A DNA stretch of 64,000 nucleotides. Source: an uncultured Clostridia bacterium. GTDB lineage: Bacteria > Bacillota > Clostridia > TANB77 > CAG-508. Made by a program: the position numbers and the translations under genes. Below are positions 19,725-28,773 of the stretch, piece after piece. The notes below the pieces were generated by a model. That model did no database searches. It was not told the origin of the DNA and saw nothing but the letters and a program-made list of their open reading frames with translations. Each line of letters starts with the position of its first letter. The first letter of the stretch is position 1. The stretch is taken from contig CAKOTF010000006.1 of assembly GCA_934120045.1 (NCBI GenBank), positions 20,156 through 84,155 of the forward strand, given 5' to 3'.

Positions 19725-19822
19725 TTTTTAGTTTATTCCTTTCTTAAATCATAAATCTAGGTTGGAAAAAAATTAAATCTTAGCATGGCCAAAATTATAA
19801 TTATTTTTCAACCTTATCTCTA

Positions 19823-20452
19823 TTATTTTTCTAGTTTAGCATATACTACATATCTTTGTGTTGCATATCCTATATTGTTAAATGGATAACATGTATATAC
19901 CATTAATATTTCTTCATCTCTTTGAATTGGTACTTTATCAGTATCTGTTTCATTTATTAATTGCATATCATAAATTTTGTAATTATATTCTCCATATGTT
20001 GTTGTTACTTTTATTTCATCACCAATTTGCAATTCTGAAAATCTTCTAAATACTTTTTTTGAGTTATGTCCCATGTATAAGATTGATCCACCTTCTCCTG
20101 GAAAATAACTTCCACTTGAATGTCCTACTCCTTTTTTCAAAATATCTAATGTATCTCCAAAATATACTGGCAAATTAGCTCCTATTCTTGGTATTTCTAT
20201 TGTTGCATATTGTGTTCCATATTCAGGATAGTTTTCTAATGAGTTTTTTTCTTCACTTATTGTTGTTTTTTGCTCTTGATTTGTTTTTTCATTTGTTGTT
20301 ATTGCTACTTTGTTTGCTAACATTAATGCTGTATCTATTTTTTCTCCCCACATTAGTTTGATTCCTAATATTATACAACACATAATTAATATTGATATTA
20401 TTAAAATTTGTATTGTTGTTTTACATATTTCTTTTATTTCTGTATTAGGCAT
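19823..20452 (-). CDS. sortase family transpeptidase
   Basis: 209 aa. N-terminal TM. Catalytic His in ILYMGHNS and Cys in the TLxTC-like LMVYTCYP. Confidence 0.75.
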   Translation of the reverse strand: MPNTEIKEICKTTIQILIISILIMCCIILGIKLMWGEKIDTALMLANKVAITTNEKTNQEQKTTISEEKNSLENYPEYGTQYATIEIPRIGANLPVYFGDTLDILKKGVGHSSGSYFPGEGGSILYMGHNSKKVFRRFSELQIGDEIKVTTTYGEYNYKIYDMQLINETDTDKVPIQRDEEILMVYTCYPFNNIGYATQRYVVYAKLEK

Positions 20453-20553
20453 TATAATATTCTCCTTTGAATTTATTCATTCAAAATTATAACATTTTCT
20501 GTTTTTTTATGCAAGTTTTTATTTGTATAAAATAAAAGTTTTTATTATATATA

Positions 20554-20585
20554 AAAAGACCTTCTGTTTTTAGAAGATCTTTTTA
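20554..20585 (-). terminator. rho-independent terminator downstream of the LAYTG protein gene
   Basis: On the minus strand the sequence reads aaaaagatcttctaaaaacagaaggtcttttt, followed by a T-run. Confidence 0.5.
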
Positions 20586-20596
20586 ATTTTATTTAA

Positions 20597-21118
20597 TTAA
20601 GCATTTACAAGTTTTTTTCTTGCTACAACTACTGCTACTGCAACTATTGACATTACAGATGCAACTAATGCAACATTTATTGTATTTCCTGTATAAGCTA
20701 ATTTTCCATTAGTATTTGAAACTGTTTCAACTAATTTTCCATCAGCATTATAAATTGCAACAGATTTTGTTTTGAAAACTAATTTTAAATCAACTTCTTT
20801 TGCTGCTTCTGTAGCTATTGATTTGATTTCATTTTTTTGAGCTTTTGTTAATTTATTGTAATCTGTTACACCAGCTTTGTCCATTACAGCTATTGCTTCA
20901 TCAGCTTTTGCTAATAATTTATCTGCTTGAGCATCTGTTACAGGATTTTCAGCTAAATATCTTTCGATTTTTACTTTGTCTGCTGATGTCATTCCGTATT
21001 TTGCTCCTTTTGAATATAATTCATTAGCCAATGTTGATGATGTTGCAGCATTTACTCCTGTTGCTAATGCCATCATAGCAATTATTACTAATAAGACAAT
21101 TGTTAATGTTTTTTTCAT
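20597..21118 (-). CDS. secreted cell-wall-anchored protein with variant sorting signal LAYTG
   Basis: 173 aa. Signal peptide MKKTLTIVLLVIIAMMALATGVNA. C-terminus LAYTG, then a hydrophobic segment and ARKK. Confidence 0.6.
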   Translation of the reverse strand: MKKTLTIVLLVIIAMMALATGVNAATSSTLANELYSKGAKYGMTSADKVKIERYLAENPVTDAQADKLLAKADEAIAVMDKAGVTDYNKLTKAQKNEIKSIATEAAKEVDLKLVFKTKSVAIYNADGKLVETVSNTNGKLAYTGNTINVALVASVMSIVAVAVVVARKKLVNA

Positions 21119-21206
21119 TTTTTATTCTCCCTTTCTTTTTAAATTTACATTCTTATTATAACATTATGTGTCTTTTTGTGCAATACTTTTTTGTTATTTT
21201 TTATTT

Positions 21207-22034
21207 CTATTTTATTTCAATATTTCTATATCTTACCAAGCTTAATATTCCTACTACTAATACAGCTAATATTATTAATGCAACTGTTGTTACTCCTGTT
21301 TTTGGTAGTGTTTGTTCTGATGATACTGTTGTATCTTTTGTAACATTGTCAGTTTTTGTTGTTTGTGTTTTCGTTGCTTCTGTTTTCGTTGTTTCTGTTA
21401 AAATTTCTAACTCACCTTTTTTATCATCTTCTTTTGTACTTTCTGTTTTATTGCTTTGATCTTCTTTAGTTGACTCTGTTTTTGTTGTTTCTGTTTTGGC
21501 ATCATTTGTATTTGATGTAATTGTTATATCTGTTTTTAATGTTGATTTTTCAAAGTCTGTTTTTGAATCTGTAAATTCTTCTAATTTTAATTCTATACTT
21601 GTTGTTACATCTTTTACATTTTCTTTTAATTTAAATGTTATTTCAACTGTATTTTCATTAGATTTTGGTGTTCTTGTAGCTTCAACTATAAGTCTTTTAT
21701 TTTCTGGATTATATACTGCTGTATAACCTGATTCAGCTTTAATATCATCTTGTGTTAATTCTTCAAAATATTCCTGGTTATATGTCATAATTCCTTGATA
21801 TGAAATTAATTCACCTTCACCTAATCCTTTGATTTCTCCATATCCTATTTTTACTTTTACTTCTTTGTTTTTTTCGTCAAGTTTTATTTCACTTTTCATT
21901 TTTAATGTTGCACTTACATTTTCTGTTGTTGATTGTGTTTGTGTTTCTGAACTTTCTGCTTCATCTGCAAATACACAAATTCCAACATTTATTAACATCA
22001 TTGCTATTAATAAGCTTGCTAATATTTTTTTCAT
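21207..22034 (-). CDS. LPXTG cell-wall-anchored repeat protein
   Basis: 275 aa. Signal peptide; internal T/E/K-rich repeats (TESTKED...). C-terminus LPKTG, then a hydrophobic segment and RYR. Confidence 0.8.
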   Translation of the reverse strand: MKKILASLLIAMMLINVGICVFADEAESSETQTQSTTENVSATLKMKSEIKLDEKNKEVKVKIGYGEIKGLGEGELISYQGIMTYNQEYFEELTQDDIKAESGYTAVYNPENKRLIVEATRTPKSNENTVEITFKLKENVKDVTTSIELKLEEFTDSKTDFEKSTLKTDITITSNTNDAKTETTKTESTKEDQSNKTESTKEDDKKGELEILTETTKTEATKTQTTKTDNVTKDTTVSSEQTLPKTGVTTVALIILAVLVVGILSLVRYRNIEIK

Positions 22035-22295
22035 TTTTTCTTTTGCCTCCTAAATTTTATTTTATCCATTAAATTTTAACATTTTTTGACTTATTCGACA
22101 ATATTTTTTTGTTTAAGTTTTTGTTACAATTTTATTACAAATGTATTACAAAGCATATATTTTCAGACATTAAATTTCTGTGATTCATTATAATATATTG
22201 CATGTTCATCATTAGGAAGCCCTTTACTTTTTTCATATATCTCTAATAATTGCTTTTCATCTTTTGTTAACTCTCTTGTTATACTTTTCAAAATA

Positions 22296-24752
22296 TTATC
22301 TATTTCTTCTATACTTGAAAATTCTTCTATTGTTGATTTTCTTATAACATATCCATATCCGCAAATTACTAATTGATTTTCCTAGTAATTCATCAAGAAA
22401 CCTAAAGATATTTTCTTGATTTAAAATAGTTTTTATGTATTTTTTTCTTTCTTCTATTCTTTCTTTTGTTATTCTCAAAATTTCAATTAAATTATTATTA
22501 AAATAAAAGTTCTTGTTTAAAATATCAATATTATTCGAAATTACATTTTCTGCCATTGTTGTTAGTATAGAATTCAATCTATCTTTTCTATATTTATTTT
22601 CTTCTTTAAAGCTATTTTTTCCATTCTCTATCCAATATATAATTTCTTTAATGGTCCACATTTTTGAATAATCTTTTTCTATCTTCTTCGTAAATTCATC
22701 AAATTCTTCTCTAGATATCTCTGTAATTAATTCTGCCATAATTATATGTATTCTTCGTAAAGCACTTAGTCCGAAAAATATAACTGTATCATCATATTGT
22801 TTTAAATGTTTATTTATTATTTTTAATAATAAATATTTAGGTTTTACTTCATTTAAATGCAATTGTAATGTTTCAAATGTAAATTTTTGCACCCAATTTG
22901 TATATATGTTTATTACTTCACCGAAAGCATTATTAATTATTTCTATATCTTTTTCATTATTAATTGTTTTTATAAATTCTTCAATTATTTTATTAATAAT
23001 TGTAAATTCATTGTTACATTGTGAAAAATATAATTCAAAATATCTTGCATTAAATATTCGCTTATTCTTTAAATTTGTTTGATAATCCTCTTTTCCATAA
23101 AAATACTGAGTATTTTCTGTTCTTACTTCTCTATCATTCAAGTAATTTTCAACATAAGGAAACATAAAGGCTAATATTTCTTTATATTCTTTATTTGTTT
23201 GCAATATAAATAATTTATCAAAATAGTTTTTTGCTTTTTTATTAAATTCTCTAGTATCATAATTATAGGATTTTCCAAAAATAGTTGTATCTTCTGATAT
23301 AAAATACTTTCTATTTCTCCATATTTCTTCATATAATTCTACATTCTGGCTTTTTATCAATTCTAATAACATTGTATCTTGAATATTTAAATTATTATTT
23401 AATAATTTGTTAAAGCTAATTACTGAATTCAAATAGATTTTTAATTCTCTCAAATCTTTAATTTTTTGAGCTAATAATTCTATTGTTTTCTCATTGTCTT
23501 TTTCATTAAAATTGATTTCATAAAGTTTCATTAAATTCTTTATACATCTGTCAACAACATCTTTCATAACATTTTCGTCTATTTTAGGTACTTTCACTTC
23601 TAATTGAATTATCTTTTTTAAATATTTATAATTACTATTAAAATCATTCTTAAATATTTCTTTCATTCTGTTGTCATCAAATGATAATAAATATATTACA
23701 TTGTCAAAATTAAATATATTATTTACAAGTTTAAACAATAAATTTATATTATCTTTATCAGCTCTTTCTATATTATCAATTATAAATAGTATTTTCTTAT
23801 TGTTATTTTTCAAGTATGTATTTATGATTAATTTCAATTTATTACTTTTATCTATATCTAAATAATATTTTTTTGCAATTTTATATTTATTTTCATATTT
23901 AGAGTTATTAAATATTGCATCAATGTAAAAATTTAAAAAGTTGCTTATATCTCTTATGCTAAAATTTATTCCTATTTTTTTCATAATGGAATCAAACATT
24001 CCCTTGAACATTGCTTGTTCATCTTCATATGACCAAGGATCAAAGTCATCTATAATAATTATGTTTGAATCATCTTTTATAAGCTTTTTGAAATTATTTA
24101 TTATAGTAGTTTTTCCGCTTCCCCACTCACCTTGTAATGATAATACAAATTTTTCACCATTATAACATTTTGTTACTACTTCATATAATTTATTAATTAT
24201 ATTTCCTCTTTCCAATAAGTCATAGTCTACTTCTTTTTCTTTTATTAATATTAAGCCATTATTTTTATTTTCTATTTTTCCGTCATATAATTCTTTTAAG
24301 TCATATACATTAGCTGGTTCTTCATTTTTTTCTATTTTATTTATTTTCCTTATTCGTATTAGTTCAAGTATTAATAATAAAAAAGATAAGCAAATAATAG
24401 TAATTGTTTTATAATATTGTTCTTTATTACAAATATCAATTTTTATACTGTATACAAATAATGCAATTATTGAACTTACTAAAAAAGAGTCTGTATAATT
24501 TACTGTTGTTAGTTTATATAGATTCCATGGCTTAAATCCTAAAATTTTTATTACTGCTAATATTAGTATTATTATGCCAATAAATATAAATTCTTTTCGT
24601 TCTGCTATTTTACTAAAAATGTTAAAATAATCTATTAGCCAGATTCCTATTGTTATTAACAATGATTTTGATAATATTTCTGGTATTGTATATAATTCTT
24701 CAAATGCTTTTTGGTATTTTGTATTAAATTTTTCATTTATTATTTTTTTCAT
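22296..24752 (-). CDS. KAP-family P-loop NTPase with N-terminal TM helices; 3' end apparently frameshifted, continuing in another frame to about 22163
   Basis: 818 aa. Walker A LQGEWGSGKTTIINNF. Four N-terminal TM helices. The last ~25 aa of the called frame look like non-coding translation, and the alternative frame encodes a clean 60-aa tail. Confidence 0.7.
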   Translation of the reverse strand: MKKIINEKFNTKYQKAFEELYTIPEILSKSLLITIGIWLIDYFNIFSKIAERKEFIFIGIIILILAVIKILGFKPWNLYKLTTVNYTDSFLVSSIIALFVYSIKIDICNKEQYYKTITIICLSFLLLILELIRIRKINKIEKNEEPANVYDLKELYDGKIENKNNGLILIKEKEVDYDLLERGNIINKLYEVVTKCYNGEKFVLSLQGEWGSGKTTIINNFKKLIKDDSNIIIIDDFDPWSYEDEQAMFKGMFDSIMKKIGINFSIRDISNFLNFYIDAIFNNSKYENKYKIAKKYYLDIDKSNKLKLIINTYLKNNNKKILFIIDNIERADKDNINLLFKLVNNIFNFDNVIYLLSFDDNRMKEIFKNDFNSNYKYLKKIIQLEVKVPKIDENVMKDVVDRCIKNLMKLYEINFNEKDNEKTIELLAQKIKDLRELKIYLNSVISFNKLLNNNLNIQDTMLLELIKSQNVELYEEIWRNRKYFISEDTTIFGKSYNYDTREFNKKAKNYFDKLFILQTNKEYKEILAFMFPYVENYLNDREVRTENTQYFYGKEDYQTNLKNKRIFNARYFELYFSQCNNEFTIINKIIEEFIKTINNEKDIEIINNAFGEVINIYTNWVQKFTFETLQLHLNEVKPKYLLLKIINKHLKQYDDTVIFFGLSALRRIHIIMAELITEISREEFDEFTKKIEKDYSKMWTIKEIIYWIENGKNSFKEENKYRKDRLNSILTTMAENVISNNIDILNKNFYFNNNLIEILRITKERIEERKKYIKTILNQENIFRFLDELLGKSISNLRIWICYKKINNRRIFKYRRNR

Positions 24753-24791
24753 TGTTTCAACTTCCTTTTATTTTCCATTCTATATCTTTTA

Positions 24792-25817
24792 TTAAATTTT
24801 CATCTTTTTTATTGTTTCTAATTCTTCTGGAGTTGTATTTGTATATTTCATTATATCTTCATCTTTTACATTATATTTTTGCATATTCTTTATAGTTTTT
24901 ATTAAAGCTTCTTTTATTCCTTCAAGCTTTCCTTCAAGTTTCCCTTCGATTTTTCCTTCAGCCTTGCTTTTTGCTCTTATTCTTCTTCTTTCTATTCTCT
25001 GATTTCTATTTATTCTTTCTATTAAATCATCCATTTCTCCATCTTTCTCACTTTCATATAATATTTTTAATATTTCTTTTATTTTTTCTTCACTTATGGT
25101 ATGTGCAAATACATATGTAACCAAATCGTTTATCCAAATTCTATCTTCTTTTTTCTTTGCTGTTTGTGCAAGATATTCTAGAATTTTTCCTATTTCCATA
25201 TTGTTTGTGCATTTTTCTATCATTAACATTTTTGAAATTTTGTTATTTATTTGTTTTAGTTCTTCTATTTTGTATTTGTTTATATCTATTAGCTTATAAA
25301 TTTGCTTTATTGAATACTCTGGAAATAAATTATCTCTTTCCTGAGTTTTAGAAAATTCTGTTGAAACATTCCATTTTTTATCACCAGTATATAACACTAT
25401 TGGAATTATTAATGGATTACATTTTTGAGTATTAGTATTTTTTAGTTCTCGCATTAATTCTACACAATATTCTAAAATTCTTATTGGCATATTTTTGTCC
25501 ACTTTAGACTGATGTTCAACAACATAAAATATGTTTTTATCTATTCTTTTATAAATTATGTCTGATTCTCTTCTATGATAGTCTTTTGTTACAAAACTGT
25601 TATTATAAATTTTTAAGTTTTCTTTTTTTATTTTTATTTTAGCAAATGTTTCTAAAAATTCTGACATTTCATTTGATTTTTTTAGAATTTCTTTAAATGT
25701 TTTATCATGTTTTTGATATACATTGTCTTTTGCTACTACTTTTTTATGTACAAAGTTTGTTCCAAAATAATCTTTATACAATTCATAATCTTTATTATCA
25801 AATCCTAATTTTTCCAC
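24792..25817 (-). CDS. Rpn/YhgA-like recombination-promoting nuclease (PD-(D/E)XK, transposase_31 family)
   Basis: 341 aa. IFYVVEHQSKVDKNMPIRILEY matches the Rpn core motif. C-terminal tandem EGKIEGKLEGKLEG repeats. Confidence 0.7.
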   Translation of the reverse strand: MEKLGFDNKDYELYKDYFGTNFVHKKVVAKDNVYQKHDKTFKEILKKSNEMSEFLETFAKIKIKKENLKIYNNSFVTKDYHRRESDIIYKRIDKNIFYVVEHQSKVDKNMPIRILEYCVELMRELKNTNTQKCNPLIIPIVLYTGDKKWNVSTEFSKTQERDNLFPEYSIKQIYKLIDINKYKIEELKQINNKISKMLMIEKCTNNMEIGKILEYLAQTAKKKEDRIWINDLVTYVFAHTISEEKIKEILKILYESEKDGEMDDLIERINRNQRIERRRIRAKSKAEGKIEGKLEGKLEGIKEALIKTIKNMQKYNVKDEDIMKYTNTTPEELETIKKMKI

Positions 25818-26052
25818 CTGTTCACCTTGCCCTTCTGCTATATTTTATTTGAGTTATATACTTAAGAATTAATTTTTTGATTTAATTTTTTTGAATTTTA
25901 TTTTACACTATAGATTTAGTGTGAATTAACTATGCATAAATACTATAACATATACTAGTCTATTTGACAATACTTTTAAACAAAGAAATTTAAATATATT
26001 ATACAAATTTCGACAAAAATTTTAAAAGATGCAACATTATTTTGTTGCATCT

Positions 26053-27207
26053 CTATTTAAATATTTTCTTATACATTCTCTTTATTTTATTCATAACTTT
26101 TCCAAAAAAGCTTGGCCTATATGTATATTTAGAAACTAATTTATCAAATGATATTGTGTCTAAATTTTCAAAAAACTTTTCTCTATTTATATCTGGTTTT
26201 GATGAAAAAACCATACTTGGATTGTGACTTATTGCATCATTAAAATCAACTTTTTGATATTCTATTTTTTCTTTAACAGATTCAAATATTTTCTTTCCTC
26301 TTTCTGAATTTACAATTACTAGTGATGTACCTCTATCATCATCCATTTCTGGTAATACAGATTCTATTCCCCAAAAATCTGCTAATGTTATGTCTGAAAT
26401 TCTATTTCTTTTTTTGAATTTACAATCATAACACGAATCTCTAAGAGATGTATTTTTCAAAAATGCTTGCATATATAAATCTGTGTTATGTGAATGCATA
26501 TATTCTGTATTATTAAATTTTATATGGAAATTGTAATCTTTCCACCCATTCTTTTTAGTTCTATGATTTATTTCCTCTATGTTCTCACCATTAACTTGTT
26601 TTCGAACAAATTCTATATATTTACTATGAACTTTTGGTGATGGAACTCCATGACAAATTATATCTTGTGTTAATAGATTTTCATAATCTTTTTGTAAAAA
26701 TGATTTTAAACCTTCTATTTGACATGGTGTTCCAGTAAACATTACTTTACGGCCTTCTAATAGGAATTTTTTTACTTGTGAATATGTATTTCCTATTGTG
26801 CTTTGCAAATATTTTGAACCTCTAATCTTTTTTAAATCTTCTACTTTTTCTACATATTCATGCTTAACTCTCCAATTTTCATCAAAAACAGCACCAAATA
26901 CAATTCCTCCATCTTGCAATATTTTTTCTGCAAGTAATGTAAATATTCCTCCTGATGAACTCTGTTTTCTTATTATCTCATTTTTATTTTTTACAGCATA
27001 TGCTTCAGGAGAATTATCTACTTTTTCACTTGGATTTAATATGGGACAAACTTTTTCGCATAGCCCACAATTTATACATTTTTCTTTAATAACTTTTGGA
27101 TATTTAAATCCCTTTTCATCTTCAACCATTTCTATTGCATTTACAGGACATATATTATAACATGCATGACATCCCATACAATCTTTTTTATTTGTTATTA
27201 CTATCAT
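26053..27207 (-). CDS. FrhB-like (coenzyme F420 hydrogenase beta-subunit homolog) ferredoxin-domain protein; common partner of polysaccharide pyruvyl transferases
   Basis: 384 aa. Two CxxCxxCxxxCP 4Fe-4S motifs at the N-terminus (CMGCHACYNICP and CINCGLCEKVCP) and an FrhB-type C-terminal domain. Confidence 0.6.
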   Translation of the reverse strand: MIVITNKKDCMGCHACYNICPVNAIEMVEDEKGFKYPKVIKEKCINCGLCEKVCPILNPSEKVDNSPEAYAVKNKNEIIRKQSSSGGIFTLLAEKILQDGGIVFGAVFDENWRVKHEYVEKVEDLKKIRGSKYLQSTIGNTYSQVKKFLLEGRKVMFTGTPCQIEGLKSFLQKDYENLLTQDIICHGVPSPKVHSKYIEFVRKQVNGENIEEINHRTKKNGWKDYNFHIKFNNTEYMHSHNTDLYMQAFLKNTSLRDSCYDCKFKKRNRISDITLADFWGIESVLPEMDDDRGTSLVIVNSERGKKIFESVKEKIEYQKVDFNDAISHNPSMVFSSKPDINREKFFENLDTISFDKLVSKYTYRPSFFGKVMNKIKRMYKKIFK

Positions 27208-27218
27208 TAGATTACCTC

Positions 27219-28745
27219 TTATTTTTTTATTTTTAAAATCTTAAATACTAATTGCTTAGTTTCTATAAATTCATTACTGTTCTTATATATTATTATAAAT
27301 AACAAATTAAATATTACTGTGCATATAATACCTTTTAATATTAATGTACTTATAGAAACACCTTTTACAAAATTTGTTAATATATAACATATTGCTATAA
27401 TTATAATGATAGCAATAGTATATTTTAATAATTTCAAAACATATCCTTTAAACTCACATTTAAAAACTTCAGAAAATAAATTATGTATTAACCATGGCAT
27501 TCCAATTATCAACATTGTTAATACTGTTGATAATAATACCCCATATAATCCAATAAAATTAACTAATATTACATTAAGTATTAAATTTGAAATAGCAACT
27601 ATTAATGGTCTAAACATATCAGCATGCCATATTCCTGCAGAGTCTTTATATAAGTTTAAAAGTGAATTAATTTCATATATATAATAATATACAACTAAAC
27701 ATACTACACATGAAAAATTTAGTAATAAGTCTTTTCCAACCCATATTTGCATAAATGTTTGATATAAACATATTAGGCATGCTGAACAAAATCCTGAAAT
27801 CCATACAATAATAAAAGTAAATTTCTTCAAGTCAGCATAATTCTTTTCTTTTGTTTCAATTATCAAGCTATTTCCAATTCCTGCAGTACATGCTGTAAAA
27901 ATAACTGATACAAAACCTATAATTGCTGTTATTATATAATAATAGTTTTGATAAACAGCTAATACTGTTAATCCTAAAAATGCTGAAATGACAATAGAAT
28001 CAGCAGAATTTATTATAACAGAACCTAACTTGGCCGTAAATAAGTCTTTTACTCTTTGATTTATTTCTTTGATTTCTGATTTAGCTAATTTTCCTTCTGC
28101 TCTAAAATGTGGATATAATTTATTTGATTTATATGCTGTATATATATTAATAACTATTTGAGCTAATAATAATAGTACTACATATAAATAATAGTTTCTG
28201 AATAGGCAAATTGCTATTATTTGCAATATATATTGAATGGTATTTACAGTTAATGTAACTTTACTGATAACATCTTGTCTTTGATGTGCTTGAAGTATGC
28301 TATTCTTATAAGCAAACAACCAATATGAAAATACAGTTGCTAATAAATTTAATAAATATAGCACATATACATTCATTCCAGCAGGTAATTCACCTTTTAT
28401 AAGATATGGTACAAATGGACATATTACTAAGCCTATTATTAAGACAATTAATCCTATTATTCTATAATATAATTTGTATAAATTCATTAATGCACAAATT
28501 TTTTCATTATCATCTATTGCAATTGGTTTATACATACTAAATACCATTGCACTTCCTATTCCAAGTTCTGCTAAATTAAGTACTTGTAATATTGATGTGA
28601 ATAAACTATTTAACCCTAAATATTCTATTCCTAAAAATTTTATCATTACTGTCCTAATAGCAAATGGTACTAATATTTGATATAATTTTAAAATTAATCC
28701 AAATATTATATTTTTTGTTGCATTTTTTGTTCTTTCAATTTTCAA
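27219..28745 (-). CDS. oligosaccharide flippase (Wzx/MOP superfamily)
   Basis: 508 aa, about 14 TM segments. Typical polysaccharide biosynthesis protein layout. Confidence 0.7.
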   Translation of the reverse strand: MKIERTKNATKNIIFGLILKLYQILVPFAIRTVMIKFLGIEYLGLNSLFTSILQVLNLAELGIGSAMVFSMYKPIAIDDNEKICALMNLYKLYYRIIGLIVLIIGLVICPFVPYLIKGELPAGMNVYVLYLLNLLATVFSYWLFAYKNSILQAHQRQDVISKVTLTVNTIQYILQIIAICLFRNYYLYVVLLLLAQIVINIYTAYKSNKLYPHFRAEGKLAKSEIKEINQRVKDLFTAKLGSVIINSADSIVISAFLGLTVLAVYQNYYYIITAIIGFVSVIFTACTAGIGNSLIIETKEKNYADLKKFTFIIVWISGFCSACLICLYQTFMQIWVGKDLLLNFSCVVCLVVYYYIYEINSLLNLYKDSAGIWHADMFRPLIVAISNLILNVILVNFIGLYGVLLSTVLTMLIIGMPWLIHNLFSEVFKCEFKGYVLKLLKYTIAIIIIIAICYILTNFVKGVSISTLILKGIICTVIFNLLFIIIYKNSNEFIETKQLVFKILKIKK

Positions 28746-28773
28746 TATAATTACTCCTTTATTTCTTAATTCA

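Noticed and set aside
24792-25817. Rpn/transposase_31 gene as a bona fide IS element
   Set aside because: No terminal inverted repeats or target-site duplications were recognised. Rpn proteins are generally chromosomal nucleases rather than autonomous IS transposases.
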